64,000 bases of DNA from Verrucomicrobiia bacterium (GTDB lineage Bacteria; Omnitrophota; Omnitrophia; Omnitrophales; Aquincolibacteriaceae), in NCBI GenBank assembly GCA_035495615.1, contig DATJFP010000071.1:1784-65783 (forward strand), read 5' to 3'. How positions within the stretch are numbered: the first letter of the stretch is position 1; each line of letters opens with the position of its first letter. The position numbers and the translations under genes are program-made. Positions 16,461 to 27,944 of the stretch are shown here, piece by piece. The notes beneath the pieces were generated by a model that had not been told where the DNA came from, searched no databases, and was given only the letters and a program-made list of their open reading frames with translations.

Positions 16461-18551
16461 ATGGCCGAAGACACAAAAAAAATCAGCTATCCGCTCGACA
16501 AGATCCGCAACATCGGGATTGCCGCGCATATCGACGCCGGCAAGACGACGACCAGCGAGCGCATCCTTTATTATACCGGCCGTACGTACAAGATCGGCGA
16601 GGTGCATGAAGGCACCGCGGTCATGGACTGGATGGAGCAGGAGCAGGAACGCGGCATCACGATTACGTCCGCTGCCACGACGTGCTTCTGGAAAGACTGC
16701 CGCATCAACCTGATCGACACGCCGGGCCACGTGGACTTTACGATCGAAGTCGAACGTTCCATGCGCGTGCTTGACGGCTGCGTTGCTGTCTTCGGCGCGG
16801 TCGAAGGCGTCGAGCCTCAGTCCGAGACCGTATGGCGCCAGGCCGACCGTTACCGCGTCCCCAGAATCGCTTTCATTAATAAAATGGACCGCACGGGCGC
16901 GACTTTTTATCCAAACGTTCAGCAGATGAGAGATCAGTTGGGCGCCAATGTCGTTCCTATCCAGATTCCTATCGGCCAAGAAGATACGTTTAAGGGCATT
17001 ATCGATCTTGTTGAGATGAAGGCCGCCATTTTCCATGATGAGACTCTCGGCGCGAAATTTGACGTCATTGATGTCCCGGCCGAATTTGTGGAAGAAGCCA
17101 AGAAGATGCGCGACCAGATGATCGAAAAGGTCTCCGAGCAGGATGAGGCCATGATGGAAAAGTATCTTGAGGGCAAGGAAATCACCAAAGAAGAAATTTA
17201 CAGCGCTATCCGCCGCGCGACAATCGAATTGAAGATCACGCCGGTTATTTGCGGCTCTTCTCTCAAAAACAAAGGCGTCCAACAGCTTCTGGATTCCGTG
17301 GTTCTTTATCTTCCTTCTCCCAAAGACGTGGAAGCCATCAAGGGAACGAATCCTGACAGCGGCACCGAGATGGAATGCCATCCGGTAGAATCAGAACCTC
17401 TGGCTGGCCTGGCCTTCAAAATCGCCAGCGATAAGTTCGTCGGCAGCCTCACCTTCATTCGGATTTATTCAGGCGTGCTCGCTTCGGGTGCTTATCTTTA
17501 TAATCCGCGCACCGGCCGGAAAGACCGTCTCGGCCGTCTGCTTCTGATGCATGCAAACAAACGTGAAGAAATTGAAAGCGCGGGCGCGGGCAACATCGTT
17601 GCCGCCGTCGGCCTTAAAGACGTGAAAACCGGCGATACGATTTGTGATGAAGCGCGGCCGATCGTGCTGGAAAGCATGTTCATTCCTGAGCCCGTGATCT
17701 GGATGGCGGTTGAGCCTAAGACAAAAGCGGACCGCGATAAGATGTCCGATGCCCTTCAGCGTCTCATGTCCGAAGACCCGACCTTTCGCGTGAAAACGGA
17801 CCAGGAAACGCTCCAGACGCTGATCGGCGGCATGGGAGAACTTCACCTCGAAATTAAAGTCGATATCATGAAGCGTGAGTATGGAGTGCTAATCAATGTG
17901 GGTAAGCCCCAAGTCGCATATCGTGAAACAATCACGGCTCCCGCGGAAGCTGAAGGAAAATTCATCAAGCAAACCGGCGGCCGCGGTCAATACGGCCATT
18001 GTTATCTGAAGATCGAGCCTCTGCCCGCCGGGTCCGGCATCGTCTTTGAAAATGACGTTAAGGGCGGTGCGATTCCCCGTGAGTTCATTCCCGCGATCGA
18101 AGACGGCGTCAATGATGCATGTAACAATGGCGTGCTCGCCGGCTATCCGATCAATGACGTTAAAGCCATCGTTTATGACGGCAGCTTCCACGACGTCGAC
18201 TCTTCAGAAATCGCTTTTAAGATGGCGGGCATTCTCGGCTTCAAGGAAGCCTTCCGCAAAGCCAAGCCGATTCTTCTGGAGCCGGTCATGAACGTTGAAG
18301 TCGTAGTTCCGGAAGAATACATGGGCGATATTATCGGTGATTTGAACTCCCGTCGCTGCGTCATTCAGGAAATGGGCAATCGCGGCCATTTGAAGAACGT
18401 GCGCGGACTTGTTCCGCTGTCGGAAATGTTCGGTTATGCCACCGCAGTGCGCTCGCTCTCTCAGGGCCGCGCGACCTATTCGATGGAGCCCCACAGTTAT
18501 CAGGAAGTTCCGAGGAACCTGGCCGAAAAAATCATGGCCGAAGGTACATAA
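16461..18551 (+). CDS. fusA: elongation factor G
   Basis: 696 aa with AHIDAGKTT and DTPGHVDF motifs. Confidence 0.97.
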   Translation: MAEDTKKISYPLDKIRNIGIAAHIDAGKTTTSERILYYTGRTYKIGEVHEGTAVMDWMEQEQERGITITSAATTCFWKDCRINLIDTPGHVDFTIEVERSMRVLDGCVAVFGAVEGVEPQSETVWRQADRYRVPRIAFINKMDRTGATFYPNVQQMRDQLGANVVPIQIPIGQEDTFKGIIDLVEMKAAIFHDETLGAKFDVIDVPAEFVEEAKKMRDQMIEKVSEQDEAMMEKYLEGKEITKEEIYSAIRRATIELKITPVICGSSLKNKGVQQLLDSVVLYLPSPKDVEAIKGTNPDSGTEMECHPVESEPLAGLAFKIASDKFVGSLTFIRIYSGVLASGAYLYNPRTGRKDRLGRLLLMHANKREEIESAGAGNIVAAVGLKDVKTGDTICDEARPIVLESMFIPEPVIWMAVEPKTKADRDKMSDALQRLMSEDPTFRVKTDQETLQTLIGGMGELHLEIKVDIMKREYGVLINVGKPQVAYRETITAPAEAEGKFIKQTGGRGQYGHCYLKIEPLPAGSGIVFENDVKGGAIPREFIPAIEDGVNDACNNGVLAGYPINDVKAIVYDGSFHDVDSSEIAFKMAGILGFKEAFRKAKPILLEPVMNVEVVVPEEYMGDIIGDLNSRRCVIQEMGNRGHLKNVRGLVPLSEMFGYATAVRSLSQGRATYSMEPHSYQEVPRNLAEKIMAEGT

Positions 18552-18569
18552 AAAGGACGAAAGCGGGAT

Positions 18570-18878
18570 ATGAGCAAAGAAAAGATTCGGATTAAATTAA
18601 GGGCGTACGACCACAGGATTCTTGATCAGTCCATTCAAGAGATCGTGGATACCGCAAAAAGAACGGGCGCCCGGGTGGTCGGTCCGATTCCTCTTCCGAC
18701 GCACATCTGGAAGACGACGGTGCTCAAAGGCCCTACGATCGACAAGAAGGCGCGCAACCAGTTCGAAGTGCGCACGCACAAGCGTCTGATCGACCTCGAA
18801 GACCCGACTTCCCGCACGGTGGACGCGCTCATGAAGCTCGACCTTCCCGCGGGCGTTGACGTCGAAATCAAACTCTAA
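18570..18878 (+). CDS. rpsJ: 30S ribosomal protein S10
   Basis: 102 aa starting [10 protein letters not shown]. Confidence 0.96.
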   Translation: MSKEKIRIKLRAYDHRILDQSIQEIVDTAKRTGARVVGPIPLPTHIWKTTVLKGPTIDKKARNQFEVRTHKRLIDLEDPTSRTVDALMKLDLPAGVDVEIKL

Positions 18879-18887
18879 GGTGTTGAA

Positions 18888-19634
18888 ATGTTAGGACTCT
18901 TGGCTAAAAAAGTTGGAATGACGCAGATTTTTAACGAAGAAGGCCTTCAGGTCGGCGTGACGGTGCTGGAAGTTGGCCCGTGTTTTGTGACCGATCTTCG
19001 CACGCCCGAGAAGCATGGGTATACCGCCGTCCAGATCGGTTTTTCCGCCGAACCGGAAAGAAAGCTGACGAAGGCCCAGCAGGGACACCTGAAAAAGGCC
19101 GGTCTCGCGGGGCTCAAATACGTGCGTGAAATCCGGACGGAAACGCTCGAAGGCCTCAGCGTCGGGCAGAAGCTTCTGGTGGACAATTTCGAAGAAGGCG
19201 AGTCGGTCGACGTTCAGGGCATTTCGATCGGTAAAGGATTCCAGGGCGTCGTGAAGCGCTGGCATTTCAAAGGCGCGCAGACCATGAGCCACGGCACGAA
19301 GATGGGCCGCGAACCGGGTTCTGTCGGTTCCCGCGCCGGCGGCGTCGGCTGCCGCAAGGAAACGCCTAAGGGCAAAAAACTTCCCGGCCGCATGGGCAAT
19401 GAAGTGGTGACGGTCGCGAACCTGAAAATCCTGAAAGTCGATACGGAAAACAATTTGTTGGTGGTGCGCGGCGGAGTTCCGGGCCCTGAAGGTCAGTGCC
19501 TGGTGGTCCGTACCGCGTTGAAAAAAGGAGTGAAGAGGAACTGGAAAGTGTCTGCTCCTGCAGAGCAGGCGAAGGAAGCTCCCTCGAAGAAGTCCGCTAA
19601 GGAAGGCTCCGAAGCCCCGGGCGATAACTCCTAA
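18888..19634 (+). CDS. rplC: 50S ribosomal protein L3 with Lys/Ala-rich C-terminal tail
   Basis: 248 aa; L3 core plus a ~40-aa low-complexity tail. Confidence 0.94.
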   Translation: MLGLLAKKVGMTQIFNEEGLQVGVTVLEVGPCFVTDLRTPEKHGYTAVQIGFSAEPERKLTKAQQGHLKKAGLAGLKYVREIRTETLEGLSVGQKLLVDNFEEGESVDVQGISIGKGFQGVVKRWHFKGAQTMSHGTKMGREPGSVGSRAGGVGCRKETPKGKKLPGRMGNEVVTVANLKILKVDTENNLLVVRGGVPGPEGQCLVVRTALKKGVKRNWKVSAPAEQAKEAPSKKSAKEGSEAPGDNS

Positions 19635-19665
19635 AATCTTAAAAAGTTAATTTCATAAAGGAACT

Positions 19666-20433
19666 ATGAAAGCGCCGCTTTATTCTGCAAATGGAAAACA
19701 AAAAGGTGAGATCGAGCTGAACGACTCCTTCTGGGCCGCGCGCGTGAACCCGCGCCTCCTGGAGCTCGTGACGAATGCGTATGCGAGAAGCCTGCGCCAC
19801 GGCACGGTAAAGACCAAGACCCGCAAGGAAGTCCGCGGCGGCGGCAAGAAGCCCTGGAAACAGAAGGGCACGGGCCGCGCCCGCGCGTCGTCCATCCGTT
19901 CGCCTCTGTGGCGCGGCGGCGGTACGGTGTTCGGTCCGATTCCGAAGGATTACCGCGTGAGCCTTCCGGCCAGCATGCGCCGCAGCGCGCTGATTGCCGC
20001 GCTCAGCCAGAAGTTGAAGCAGGAGAGGGTTGTTTTCCTGGATGCTCTGGAGCTCAAGCAGCCCAAGACGAAGGACTTCATGGCCGTCGTGAACGCGCTC
20101 CCGCTCGACAAGCGCAAGACCCTTTGCGTGGTCAAGGACATCGCGGAAAACCTGAAGCGCGCTTCGGCCAACGCCGCGCATCTCGTGGAAATCCGCAAGG
20201 CGTCCGACATCAACGCGTATCATGTGATGCACCGCGAAAAACTTTTGATCTCCCAGGACGCGCTTTCCGTGATCGAAGAGCGTCTGGATCCGAACGCGGC
20301 TCCGAAGCCTCCCGCGGAAAAGAAGCCCAAGGCCGAGAAGGCCCCGAAGGCCGTCAAAATCGCGAAGCCCGCGAAGGCTGCGAAAACGTCCAAGGCTGCC
20401 AAGCCCGCGAAAAAGACAAAGAAGGAAGAATAA
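19666..20433 (+). CDS. rplD: 50S ribosomal protein L4 with AKP-repeat C-terminal tail
   Basis: 255 aa; L4 core plus KPKAEKAPKAVKIAKPAKAAK repeats. Confidence 0.93.
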   Translation: MKAPLYSANGKQKGEIELNDSFWAARVNPRLLELVTNAYARSLRHGTVKTKTRKEVRGGGKKPWKQKGTGRARASSIRSPLWRGGGTVFGPIPKDYRVSLPASMRRSALIAALSQKLKQERVVFLDALELKQPKTKDFMAVVNALPLDKRKTLCVVKDIAENLKRASANAAHLVEIRKASDINAYHVMHREKLLISQDALSVIEERLDPNAAPKPPAEKKPKAEKAPKAVKIAKPAKAAKTSKAAKPAKKTKKEE

Positions 20434-20434
20434 A

Positions 20435-20722
20435 ATGAAGACGCACCTGTACGACGTGATCCGCGAGCCCGTGATCACCGAAAAAGTCGCGAAGGAAAGC
20501 GAAAAGTTTGGCAAGTATGCCTTTAAAGTGGATCCCAAGGCGAACAAGAAACAGATCAAGTCCGCCGTCGAGAAAATTTTTAATGTCCATGTCGTGAAAG
20601 TGAACACCCTGAATTACGACGGGAAATGGCGCCGTGTCCGGTTTCAGCCTGGCAAGACAGCCGCATGGAAAAAAGCGATCGTGACCCTGAAGAAGGGCGA
20701 AAAAATCGACATCACGACCTGA
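20435..20722 (+). CDS. rplW: 50S ribosomal protein L23
   Basis: 95 aa. Confidence 0.94.
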   Translation: MKTHLYDVIREPVITEKVAKESEKFGKYAFKVDPKANKKQIKSAVEKIFNVHVVKVNTLNYDGKWRRVRFQPGKTAAWKKAIVTLKKGEKIDITT

Positions 20723-20744
20723 TGTTGAATTAGGAGAAATAAGA

Positions 20745-21572
20745 ATGCCGTTGATCAAATTCAAACCTACATCCGCTGGCAGAAGATTCGGCAACGTCGC
20801 CGATTTCGCGGAAATCACCACGGACAAGCCCTACAAGCCGCTTACGAAGTTCATGCGGAAGACGGGCGGACGGAACAATCACGGCCACGTGACCAGCCGC
20901 AGGATCGGCGGGGGACACAAGCAGAGGATCCGCCTCGTGGATTTCGCGCGCCTTCGTTTCAACGCGCCGGCCAAGGTGCTCACGGTTGAATATGATCCGA
21001 ATCGCAGCGCCCGCATTTCGCTCGTGGAATACGAAGACGGGCAGAAGTCCTACATCCTGACGCCGGAAGGCCTTCAGGTCGGCCAGACCGTGACGAGCGG
21101 CGAAAACGTCGAAGTGAAAGTCGGCAACCATCTTCCGCTCAAGAACATTCCGGAAGGCACGCCGATTCACAACATTGAATTGCAGCCGGGGCTCGGCGGC
21201 AAACTCGTCCGCTCGGCGGGCGCGATGGCGCAGATCCTTTCCAAGGAAGAAGATTTCGCGCACGTGAAACTTCCCTCGAAGGAAGTCCGCATGATCCCGC
21301 TGAATGCTTATGCGACCGTGGGACAGTGCTCCAACATCGAGCACGAAAACCTGATGCTCGGCAAAGCGGGCCGCGCGCGCTGGCTCGGCAAGCGGCCGGT
21401 TTCCCGCGGCGTGGCGCGTAACCCTGTCGACCATCCGATGGGCGGCGGTGAAGGTAAATCCAAAGGCGGTAACCATCCGCAGAGCCCGACGGGACAGAAG
21501 GCCAAGGGCTTCAAGACCCGTAAATACAAAAAAGCCAGCACCAAATACATCGTGAAGGACCGTAGAAAATGA
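20745..21572 (+). CDS. rplB: 50S ribosomal protein L2
   Basis: 275 aa. Confidence 0.97.
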   Translation: MPLIKFKPTSAGRRFGNVADFAEITTDKPYKPLTKFMRKTGGRNNHGHVTSRRIGGGHKQRIRLVDFARLRFNAPAKVLTVEYDPNRSARISLVEYEDGQKSYILTPEGLQVGQTVTSGENVEVKVGNHLPLKNIPEGTPIHNIELQPGLGGKLVRSAGAMAQILSKEEDFAHVKLPSKEVRMIPLNAYATVGQCSNIEHENLMLGKAGRARWLGKRPVSRGVARNPVDHPMGGGEGKSKGGNHPQSPTGQKAKGFKTRKYKKASTKYIVKDRRK

Positions 21573-21868
21573 GTCGTTCAGCGAAAAAAGGCATTTACGT
21601 AGACGAAACGCTTTTGAAAAAGGTCCAGATCGCCGCGAAGACCAAAGATCGCCGGCCGATCAAGACGTGGGCGCGCCGTTCCTCGATCACCGCGGAATTT
21701 GTGGGCGTCACGCTGGCCGTGCATAACGGCAAGACGTTCACCAACGTGTTCATGACGGAAAACATGGTCGGGCACAAGGTTGGGGAATTTGTGCCGACCC
21801 GCACCTTCCGCAAGCACAGCGCGGCCCAGGACAAGCTCAAGGCCGTCGCCAAGGGCGCCAAGACCTAA
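21569..21868 (+). CDS. rpsS: 30S ribosomal protein S19
   Basis: 99 aa; ATGA overlap with rplB. Confidence 0.95.
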   Translation: MSRSAKKGIYVDETLLKKVQIAAKTKDRRPIKTWARRSSITAEFVGVTLAVHNGKTFTNVFMTENMVGHKVGEFVPTRTFRKHSAAQDKLKAVAKGAKT

Positions 21869-21875
21869 CAGGTAA

Positions 21876-22430
21876 ATGAAAATGAAAAAAGAAACCTCGA
21901 AAGCCAAGAAAACCGAAAAGGTACAGGAAAAGCCGCAGACTCCGAAACAGCCGGTTGCGAAGCAGCCTGAGCCGCGCGCCGAGCGTCAATCCGCCAAGAC
22001 GCTCATGCGCTTCCTGAGGATTTCGCCCCGCAAGGTGCGCCTCGTGATCGATGCCGTCCGCTTCAAGTCCGTGCAGGAAGCCGCGGTCATTCTCGCGAAC
22101 ATGAACAAGAAAGCGGCCCGCATGGCGGCCAAAGCTCTCAAGAGTGCGGTGGCCAATGCCAAGGTCCTCGGCATGGATGAGAACAGGCTTTATGTTTCCG
22201 ATGTGCGCGCCAACGGCGGTCCGGTTTTCAAGCGTTTCATGTCGCGCTCCATGGGACGCGCCGACAGGCTCTTGAAGCGCACCACGCATTTGTCTCTGGC
22301 GGTTTCTGAGGGCCAGAAGATTTACAAGGATAAATTCCAGTCCGTTGCCGCGGCCGAGGCAGCCGAAGATAAGTCCGCGCCGAAGGCAAAGAAGTCCCGC
22401 GCCAAAAAAGCGGCGGCGGGAAAAAAATAG
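21876..22430 (+). CDS. rplV: 50S ribosomal protein L22 with N-terminal (~43 aa, Lys-rich) and C-terminal extensions; alternative internal start at 22005
   Basis: The canonical L22 core begins at MRFLRISPRK (22005). The ATG at 21876 lies 7 nt after the rpsS stop, which favours the extended form. Confidence 0.85.
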   Translation: MKMKKETSKAKKTEKVQEKPQTPKQPVAKQPEPRAERQSAKTLMRFLRISPRKVRLVIDAVRFKSVQEAAVILANMNKKAARMAAKALKSAVANAKVLGMDENRLYVSDVRANGGPVFKRFMSRSMGRADRLLKRTTHLSLAVSEGQKIYKDKFQSVAAAEAAEDKSAPKAKKSRAKKAAAGKK

Positions 22431-22445
22431 ATCGAGGAGGATCTC

Positions 22446-23222
22446 TTGGGTCAGAAGTCACACCCGTACGGGTTAAGATTAGGATACATCAAGCCGTGGA
22501 GAGCGAAGTGGTTCGCCCGCAAAGGCCTTGACGTTCTTCTTCACGAAGACCTGAAGATCCGCGACTACATCAAGAAGAAGCTCGGCTTTGCCGGCATCGC
22601 CAACATCGAGATCGAGCGTTCGGCCAAGCGCATCCGGGTCCGTATTTTTACGGCACGTCCGGGCGTCATCATCGGCCGCCGCGGCCAGGAAATCGATAAG
22701 GTGAAGGAAGAGCTCGGCGCGCTGACCAAAAGCGAACTGTTTGTGGATATCAAGGAAATCAAGAATCCCCAGATCGACGCCCAGTTGATCGCCGAAAACA
22801 TCGCGATGCAGCTCGAGAAGCGTGTGAATTTCCGCCGCGCCATGAAGAAGGCGATCCAGAGCGCGATGCAGCGCGATGCGAAGGGGATCAAGATCCTGTG
22901 CAAAGGCCGTCTCGGCGGCGCTGAAATCGCGCGCGACGAAAAATATCACGAGGGCAGCATCCCGCTCGGCACGTTCCGCGCGGACGTGGATTATGGTTTT
23001 CACGAAGCCTTCACGACCTACGGCACCATCGGATGCAAGGTGTGGGTCTATAAAGGCGACATTCTGGTGAAGAAAGAACAGGCGAGCGAAAGGCTCGAAC
23101 GCGAGAAAAAGCAGGCGGAAAGATGGAAAGCAGAAGAGGCTGCCCAGCAGGCCTCCGCCGCTTCCGCCGAGGCGCAGCAGCCCGCCGCGCCTGAAGCCCC
23201 GAAAGGGACCGAGGAGAAATAG
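22446..23222 (+). CDS. rpsC: 30S ribosomal protein S3 (TTG start) with acidic/Ala-rich C-terminal tail
   Basis: GAGGAGG lies 5 nt upstream of TTG; N-terminus [12 protein letters not shown]. Confidence 0.93.
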   Translation: MGQKSHPYGLRLGYIKPWRAKWFARKGLDVLLHEDLKIRDYIKKKLGFAGIANIEIERSAKRIRVRIFTARPGVIIGRRGQEIDKVKEELGALTKSELFVDIKEIKNPQIDAQLIAENIAMQLEKRVNFRRAMKKAIQSAMQRDAKGIKILCKGRLGGAEIARDEKYHEGSIPLGTFRADVDYGFHEAFTTYGTIGCKVWVYKGDILVKKEQASERLEREKKQAERWKAEEAAQQASAASAEAQQPAAPEAPKGTEEK

Positions 23223-23224
23223 TC

Positions 23225-23641
23225 ATGCCGATGATGCCCGCAAGAGTCAAGTTCAGGAAGCAGCAGCGCGGTTGGATGAAGGGAATCGCGACCCGCGGCA
23301 GCTCGCTCGCCTTTGGTGAGTTCGGTTTGAAAGCGCTTGACCGCGGCTATCTCACGGCCATTCAGATTGAAGCGGCCCGTGTCGCTTTGACCCGTCACGT
23401 GAAACGCGGCGGCAAGATCTGGCTTCGCTGCTTTCCGGACAAGGCTTATACAAAGAAGCCGGCCGAAGTCCGCATGGGTAAGGGTAAAGGCGCGCCTGAA
23501 TATTACGTGGCCGTCGTTAAGCCGGGCAGGATTATTTTCGAGATGGGCGGTATTCCGGAATCGCTGGCGAAATCCGCCATGCGGCTGTGCGCCCACAAGA
23601 TCCCGTTTCGCACTAAATTTGTCACGCGCGTGGGGCACTAA
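23225..23641 (+). CDS. rplP: 50S ribosomal protein L16
   Basis: 138 aa. Confidence 0.95.
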   Translation: MPMMPARVKFRKQQRGWMKGIATRGSSLAFGEFGLKALDRGYLTAIQIEAARVALTRHVKRGGKIWLRCFPDKAYTKKPAEVRMGKGKGAPEYYVAVVKPGRIIFEMGGIPESLAKSAMRLCAHKIPFRTKFVTRVGH

Positions 23642-23643
23642 TC

Positions 23644-23853
23644 ATGTTGAAAGCCAGCGAACTTAGAAATCTCAGCGTCGAAGAATTGATCGAAAAGGCG
23701 GACAAGCTCAAGAAAGACTTGATGCAGTTCCGCTTCCAGGCCAAGACCGCGAAGCTCGAACAGCAGAACCTGCTTCGGGAGACCCGGCGCGACATCGCCC
23801 GGATTCTTACGGTTGTGAGCGAACTGAAAAACGAGAAAGAGGTTAAGGCGTGA
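23644..23853 (+). CDS. rpmC: 50S ribosomal protein L29
   Basis: 69 aa. Confidence 0.9.
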   Translation: MLKASELRNLSVEELIEKADKLKKDLMQFRFQAKTAKLEQQNLLRETRRDIARILTVVSELKNEKEVKA

Positions 23854-24140
23854 GCACCAAGGCCCCGGTCCAAAAAGAAACCGAAGCGACGGTAGTGGCG
23901 AAGCCCAAGCGTTACCGCGAAGGCGTCGTGATTTCGGACAAGATGGAAAAGACGGTCATCGTGGAAGTGACACGTCTGACCCAGCACCCGCAGTTCAAGA
24001 AGGTCATCCGCCGCAAGATCAAGTACGCGGTGCATGACGAAAAGAATGCGGCGAAGACCGGCGACAAAGTCCGTATCCAGCAGACGCGCCCGCTTTCGAA
24101 GACCAAGCGCTGGACGCTCATCGAGGTACTCAGCAAATGA
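23850..24140 (+). CDS. rpsQ: 30S ribosomal protein S17 (GTG start)
   Basis: 96 aa; overlaps the rpmC stop. Confidence 0.92.
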   Translation: MSTKAPVQKETEATVVAKPKRYREGVVISDKMEKTVIVEVTRLTQHPQFKKVIRRKIKYAVHDEKNAAKTGDKVRIQQTRPLSKTKRWTLIEVLSK

Positions 24141-24505
24141 TCCAGATCAGAAGTATTTTGGAAATCGCGGATAACAGCGGCGCTAAAAAAGCGGCCATGA
24201 TCGGCGTGCTCGGCCGCCACGGCAAGCTTTCCGCCGAAGTCGGAGACATTATCACCGCCTCCGTGAAAGAAGCGCTTCCCCGTGCGGGCGTGAAAAAGGG
24301 CGAGGTCGTGAAGGCCGTCGTCGTGCGCACCCGCAGCCCGATCCTGCGCCAGGACGGTTCGTCGGTGAAGTTTTCGTCGAACGCCATCGTGCTCATCGAC
24401 AATAGCAAAAACCCGCGCGGGACCCGCATCTTCGGCCCTGTGGCGCGTGAACTTCGCGACAAGCAGTTCATGAAAATCATTTCGCTGGCTCCGGAGGTTG
24501 TGTAG
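24137..24505 (+). CDS. rplN: 50S ribosomal protein L14
   Basis: 122 aa. Confidence 0.96.
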   Translation: MIQIRSILEIADNSGAKKAAMIGVLGRHGKLSAEVGDIITASVKEALPRAGVKKGEVVKAVVVRTRSPILRQDGSSVKFSSNAIVLIDNSKNPRGTRIFGPVARELRDKQFMKIISLAPEVV

Positions 24506-24507
24506 CC

Positions 24508-24816
24508 ATGAAAATCAAGAAGGGTGACACCGTCATCATCACGACCGGTAAGGACCGCGGCAAAAAAGGCCGCGTCATGAGGATTTATCCGAAAGACAGC
24601 CAGGTCCTCGTGGAAAAGATCAACTACCGTACGGTGTTTCTGCGCCGCACCCAGGAAAATCCCAAAGGGGGAGTTTCCAAGGTTGAAGGCCGTATTCATA
24701 TTTCGAACGTGAAGCTCGTGGATCCGAAAACGAACGAGCCGACGCGCGTGGGCTACTCGATCCTCGCCGACGGCACCAAATCGCGGATCAGCAAGTCTTC
24801 CGGAGAGCTCCTTTAA
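24508..24816 (+). CDS. rplX: 50S ribosomal protein L24
   Basis: 102 aa with a KOW motif. Confidence 0.94.
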   Translation: MKIKKGDTVIITTGKDRGKKGRVMRIYPKDSQVLVEKINYRTVFLRRTQENPKGGVSKVEGRIHISNVKLVDPKTNEPTRVGYSILADGTKSRISKSSGELL

Positions 24817-24827
24817 AGGAAAAGATC

Positions 24828-25385
24828 ATGACGGATAAAACACAGCCTCGTTTACAGCAAAAATACCGTGACCAAATCGTCGACTCGATGATGTCGGAGT
24901 TCGGCTATAACAACGTGATGCAGGTACCGAAGCTCAAGAAAGTCGTCATCAACATGGGCGTGAAAGAAGGCGCGAGCGACGTGAAGGTGATCGAACACGT
25001 GGCGGAAGAGCTCAGCCGCATCGCCGGCCAGAAGCCCATCATGATCAAGTCGAAGAAGGCCATTTCGGCGTTCAAGCTCCGCGAAGGCGTTCCGATCGGC
25101 TTGAAGGTGACATTGCGCCGCCAGAGGATGTTCGAATTTATCGACCGCCTCTTTAACATCGCGATGCCGCGCATCCGCGACTTCCGCGGCTATTCGGACA
25201 AGAGCTTCGACGATTCCGGCAATTATTCACTCGGCATCCAGGAACAGATGATTTTCCCGGAGATCGAGTTCGACAAGATCAAAAAAGTTCAAGGCATGGA
25301 CGTGACGTTCGTCACGAGCGCCAAAACTAAAAAAGAAGGCCGCAAGCTTCTCGAGCTTTTAGGCCTTCCTTTCGCGAAGAGCTAG
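24828..25385 (+). CDS. rplE: 50S ribosomal protein L5
   Basis: 185 aa. Confidence 0.96.
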   Translation: MTDKTQPRLQQKYRDQIVDSMMSEFGYNNVMQVPKLKKVVINMGVKEGASDVKVIEHVAEELSRIAGQKPIMIKSKKAISAFKLREGVPIGLKVTLRRQRMFEFIDRLFNIAMPRIRDFRGYSDKSFDDSGNYSLGIQEQMIFPEIEFDKIKKVQGMDVTFVTSAKTKKEGRKLLELLGLPFAKS

Positions 25386-25391
25386 GAAACC

Positions 25392-25577
25392 ATGGCAAAA
25401 ACGTGTCTGGTCGTAAAACAAAGAAGAGAACCTAAATTTCCGGTGAGGAAATATCATCGATGCCAGCGCTGCGGACGGCGCCGGGGTTACATCCGTAAGT
25501 ATGCCCTGTGCCGTATCTGCTTCCGTGAACTCGCCGTCGTCGGGATTATTCCCGGCGTTGTTAAGTCGAGCTGGTAA
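25392..25577 (+). CDS. rpsZ: 30S ribosomal protein S14 type Z (zinc-binding)
   Basis: 61 aa carrying CxxC...CxxC. Confidence 0.93.
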   Translation: MAKTCLVVKQRREPKFPVRKYHRCQRCGRRRGYIRKYALCRICFRELAVVGIIPGVVKSSW

Positions 25578-25586
25578 GGAGAAACT

Positions 25587-25985
25587 ATGCCGCGTACTGA
25601 TTTTATTGGCGATTTTTTGACGATGGTCCGCAATGCTTCCCGTGCGCACAAGGATAAGGTGACCGTGCCTTCTTCCAAGATGACGCAGCGCATCGCGGAG
25701 CTCTTGAAGGAAGAAGGTTTCGTGGATCAGGTGAAGCCTTTTGCCGATGGCAAAAAGAATTTCATGAGGATTCAGCTGAAGTACATCCGCGGGAAAAAGT
25801 CTGCGATCCAGGGACTGAAGAGAATTTCCAAGCCCGGCCTGCGCCGTTACGTGGGCTGTGAGGAAATTCCCAAGATCCAGGGAGGCCTGGGCGTCGCAAT
25901 CGTTTCGACGTCGAAGGGCATTATTACGGACCGCAAAGCGCGCCAGGACAAGCTGGGCGGCGAACTGCTTTGCACGGTGTGGTGA
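25587..25985 (+). CDS. rpsH: 30S ribosomal protein S8
   Basis: 132 aa. Confidence 0.95.
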   Translation: MPRTDFIGDFLTMVRNASRAHKDKVTVPSSKMTQRIAELLKEEGFVDQVKPFADGKKNFMRIQLKYIRGKKSAIQGLKRISKPGLRRYVGCEEIPKIQGGLGVAIVSTSKGIITDRKARQDKLGGELLCTVW

Positions 25986-25992
25986 GGAAACC

Positions 25993-26529
25993 ATGTCACG
26001 AATTGGAAGAAAACCTGTTGAAATTCCGAGCGGCGTAAAAGTCCAAGTGAGCGGCCAGAAGGTCCACGTGGAAGGCCCGAAGGGCAAGCTGGACCTCCTT
26101 GTTCATCCGCGCATGAAGCTTGATTCCAAGGAAAAAGAAATCAGCGTGAGCCGTCCGACGGATATCCGGACAGACCGCGCGCTTCATGGCCTGACCCGCA
26201 GCCTGATCCAGAACATGGTGGTCGGCGTGACCAAGGGCTACGTGAAGGAACTCGAAATCGTCGGCGTCGGCTTCAAGGCGGCGGTCAAGGGCAAGTTCCT
26301 CAACCTCGCTCTGGGCTTTTCGCACACGATCGACCACCCGATCCCGGACGGGATCACGGTGACTTGTCCGAACCCGACGCGCGTCGTGGTCACGGGATGC
26401 GACAAGAAAATGGTCGGTCAGGTGGCCGCGGACATCCGCCGCTACCACAAGCCGGAGCCTTATAAAGGAAAAGGCGTCATGTATGTCGGCGAACACATCC
26501 GCCGCAAACAAGGAAAGACGGTAGGCTAA
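25993..26529 (+). CDS. rplF: 50S ribosomal protein L6
   Basis: The true start is MSRIGRKPVEIP at ATG 25993. The track ORF from 25858 is an in-frame upstream extension overlapping rpsH. Confidence 0.93.
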   Translation: MSRIGRKPVEIPSGVKVQVSGQKVHVEGPKGKLDLLVHPRMKLDSKEKEISVSRPTDIRTDRALHGLTRSLIQNMVVGVTKGYVKELEIVGVGFKAAVKGKFLNLALGFSHTIDHPIPDGITVTCPNPTRVVVTGCDKKMVGQVAADIRRYHKPEPYKGKGVMYVGEHIRRKQGKTVG

Positions 26530-26532
26530 CCC

Positions 26533-26892
26533 ATGAAGAGCAAAAATCATCGCCGCGAGAAGCGGCACGGGAAAATCAGGAAGAGGCTTTCGGGAACGCC
26601 GGAGCGTCCGCGTCTTTGCGTGCACCGTTCCTTGAAGAACATCTACGTCCAGGTCGTCGACGACATCGCAGCCAAGACGCTTTGCTCTTTTTCCACGCTC
26701 GACAAAGACTATGCGAAAGTGAAGCCCGCTAAAGGCAAGGTCCCGGCTTCGACGAAGCTTGGGGAATATTTTGCCGGACGCTTGAAAGAGCGCGGCATCA
26801 CGAAGGTCGCCTTCGACCGCGGCGGCTATCTTTATCACGGACGCGTCAAGGCCCTGGCCGACGCCCTCAGGCAGGGAGGCATTGAATTCTAA
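26533..26892 (+). CDS. rplR: 50S ribosomal protein L18
   Basis: 119 aa. Confidence 0.94.
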   Translation: MKSKNHRREKRHGKIRKRLSGTPERPRLCVHRSLKNIYVQVVDDIAAKTLCSFSTLDKDYAKVKPAKGKVPASTKLGEYFAGRLKERGITKVAFDRGGYLYHGRVKALADALRQGGIEF

Positions 26893-27500
26893 TGGCACCT
26901 AAAGGAGAACAGAACGTGGAAGAAGTGAAGCTCGGAGAGGGCGCGCAGGGCACTGAAGCCGCGGAGACCGTCGAGCGGAAGCCGGCGTCTCGTGGACACC
27001 AGCCACGGAGAGATTCGGCCCAGCCGGCCGGGCAGTTTGAAAAAATCATCCAGGTCAATCGCTGCGCGAAAGTCGTCAAAGGCGGCCGCCGCTTCAGCTT
27101 CAGCGCGCTCGTCGTGGTCGGTAACGGCAACGGTGAAGTCGGATATGCCCTCGGCAAGGCGAATGAAGTCGCGGACGCGATCCGCAAGGCGCTTACCGCG
27201 GCCCGCAAGACGAGCATCAAAATCAAGCTCCGCGGCACCACGATCCCGCACGAAGTGATCGGCCATTACGGCGCGGCCCGCGTGCTGCTCAAGCCCGCTG
27301 CTCCCGGCGCAGGCGTCATTGCCGGAGGCTCGGTCCGCGCGGTATGCGAATCCTGCGGCATCAAAGACATTCTCGCGAAGAACCTCGGCTGCGACAACGC
27401 CATCAATGTTTTGAAGGCGACGCTGAACGGCCTGCAGGCGCTCGTGGACTCGAAGGAACGGCTCGAAGAGTCGTCTCCTCAGGAAGAGGTCAAGTCATGA
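26892..27500 (+). CDS. rpsE: 30S ribosomal protein S5 (N-terminally extended)
   Basis: 202 aa; the S5 dsRBD and C-terminal domains are preceded by a ~45-aa extension. Confidence 0.94.
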   Translation: MAPKGEQNVEEVKLGEGAQGTEAAETVERKPASRGHQPRRDSAQPAGQFEKIIQVNRCAKVVKGGRRFSFSALVVVGNGNGEVGYALGKANEVADAIRKALTAARKTSIKIKLRGTTIPHEVIGHYGAARVLLKPAAPGAGVIAGGSVRAVCESCGIKDILAKNLGCDNAINVLKATLNGLQALVDSKERLEESSPQEEVKS

Positions 27501-27928
27501 AGGCGAAGTTTCCTTACAGTAAGAAGGTCAAGCGCCGCGGATGCGGCATCGGCTCCGGGCACGGCAAAACGTCCTGCCGCGGACACAAGGGACAGCGCGC
27601 GCGCGCGGGCGCCACGCACCGCCCGAATTTCGAAGGCGGACAGAATCCTCTTTATCGCCGCCTCCCGAAGCGCGGCTTCAACCGCAGCGATCTCAAGGCG
27701 AAATACCGCGTGGTGAACGTCGGTCTTATCGCGGAACTGGGCGAAGCGGAAGTGACTCCCGAAGTTCTGATCAGCCGCGGCGTGATCAGCTCGGTGAAAG
27801 ACGGGCTCAAGGTCCTCGGCGGCGGCGACGTGAAGAAAGCCGTTATCGTTAAGGCTCATTTTTTCAGTGAAGGCGCAAAAGAAAAACTCAGCAAGGCTGG
27901 CGGTCAGGCCATCGTCATCAACAAATAA
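27497..27928 (+). CDS. rplO: 50S ribosomal protein L15
   Basis: Start [10 protein letters not shown] at 27497 (ATGA overlap with rpsE). The track ORF from 27344 is an extension. There is no rpmD (L30) between S5 and L15. Confidence 0.92.
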   Translation: MKAKFPYSKKVKRRGCGIGSGHGKTSCRGHKGQRARAGATHRPNFEGGQNPLYRRLPKRGFNRSDLKAKYRVVNVGLIAELGEAEVTPEVLISRGVISSVKDGLKVLGGGDVKKAVIVKAHFFSEGAKEKLSKAGGQAIVINK

Positions 27929-27944
27929 GTTGAGTTAGGAACAA

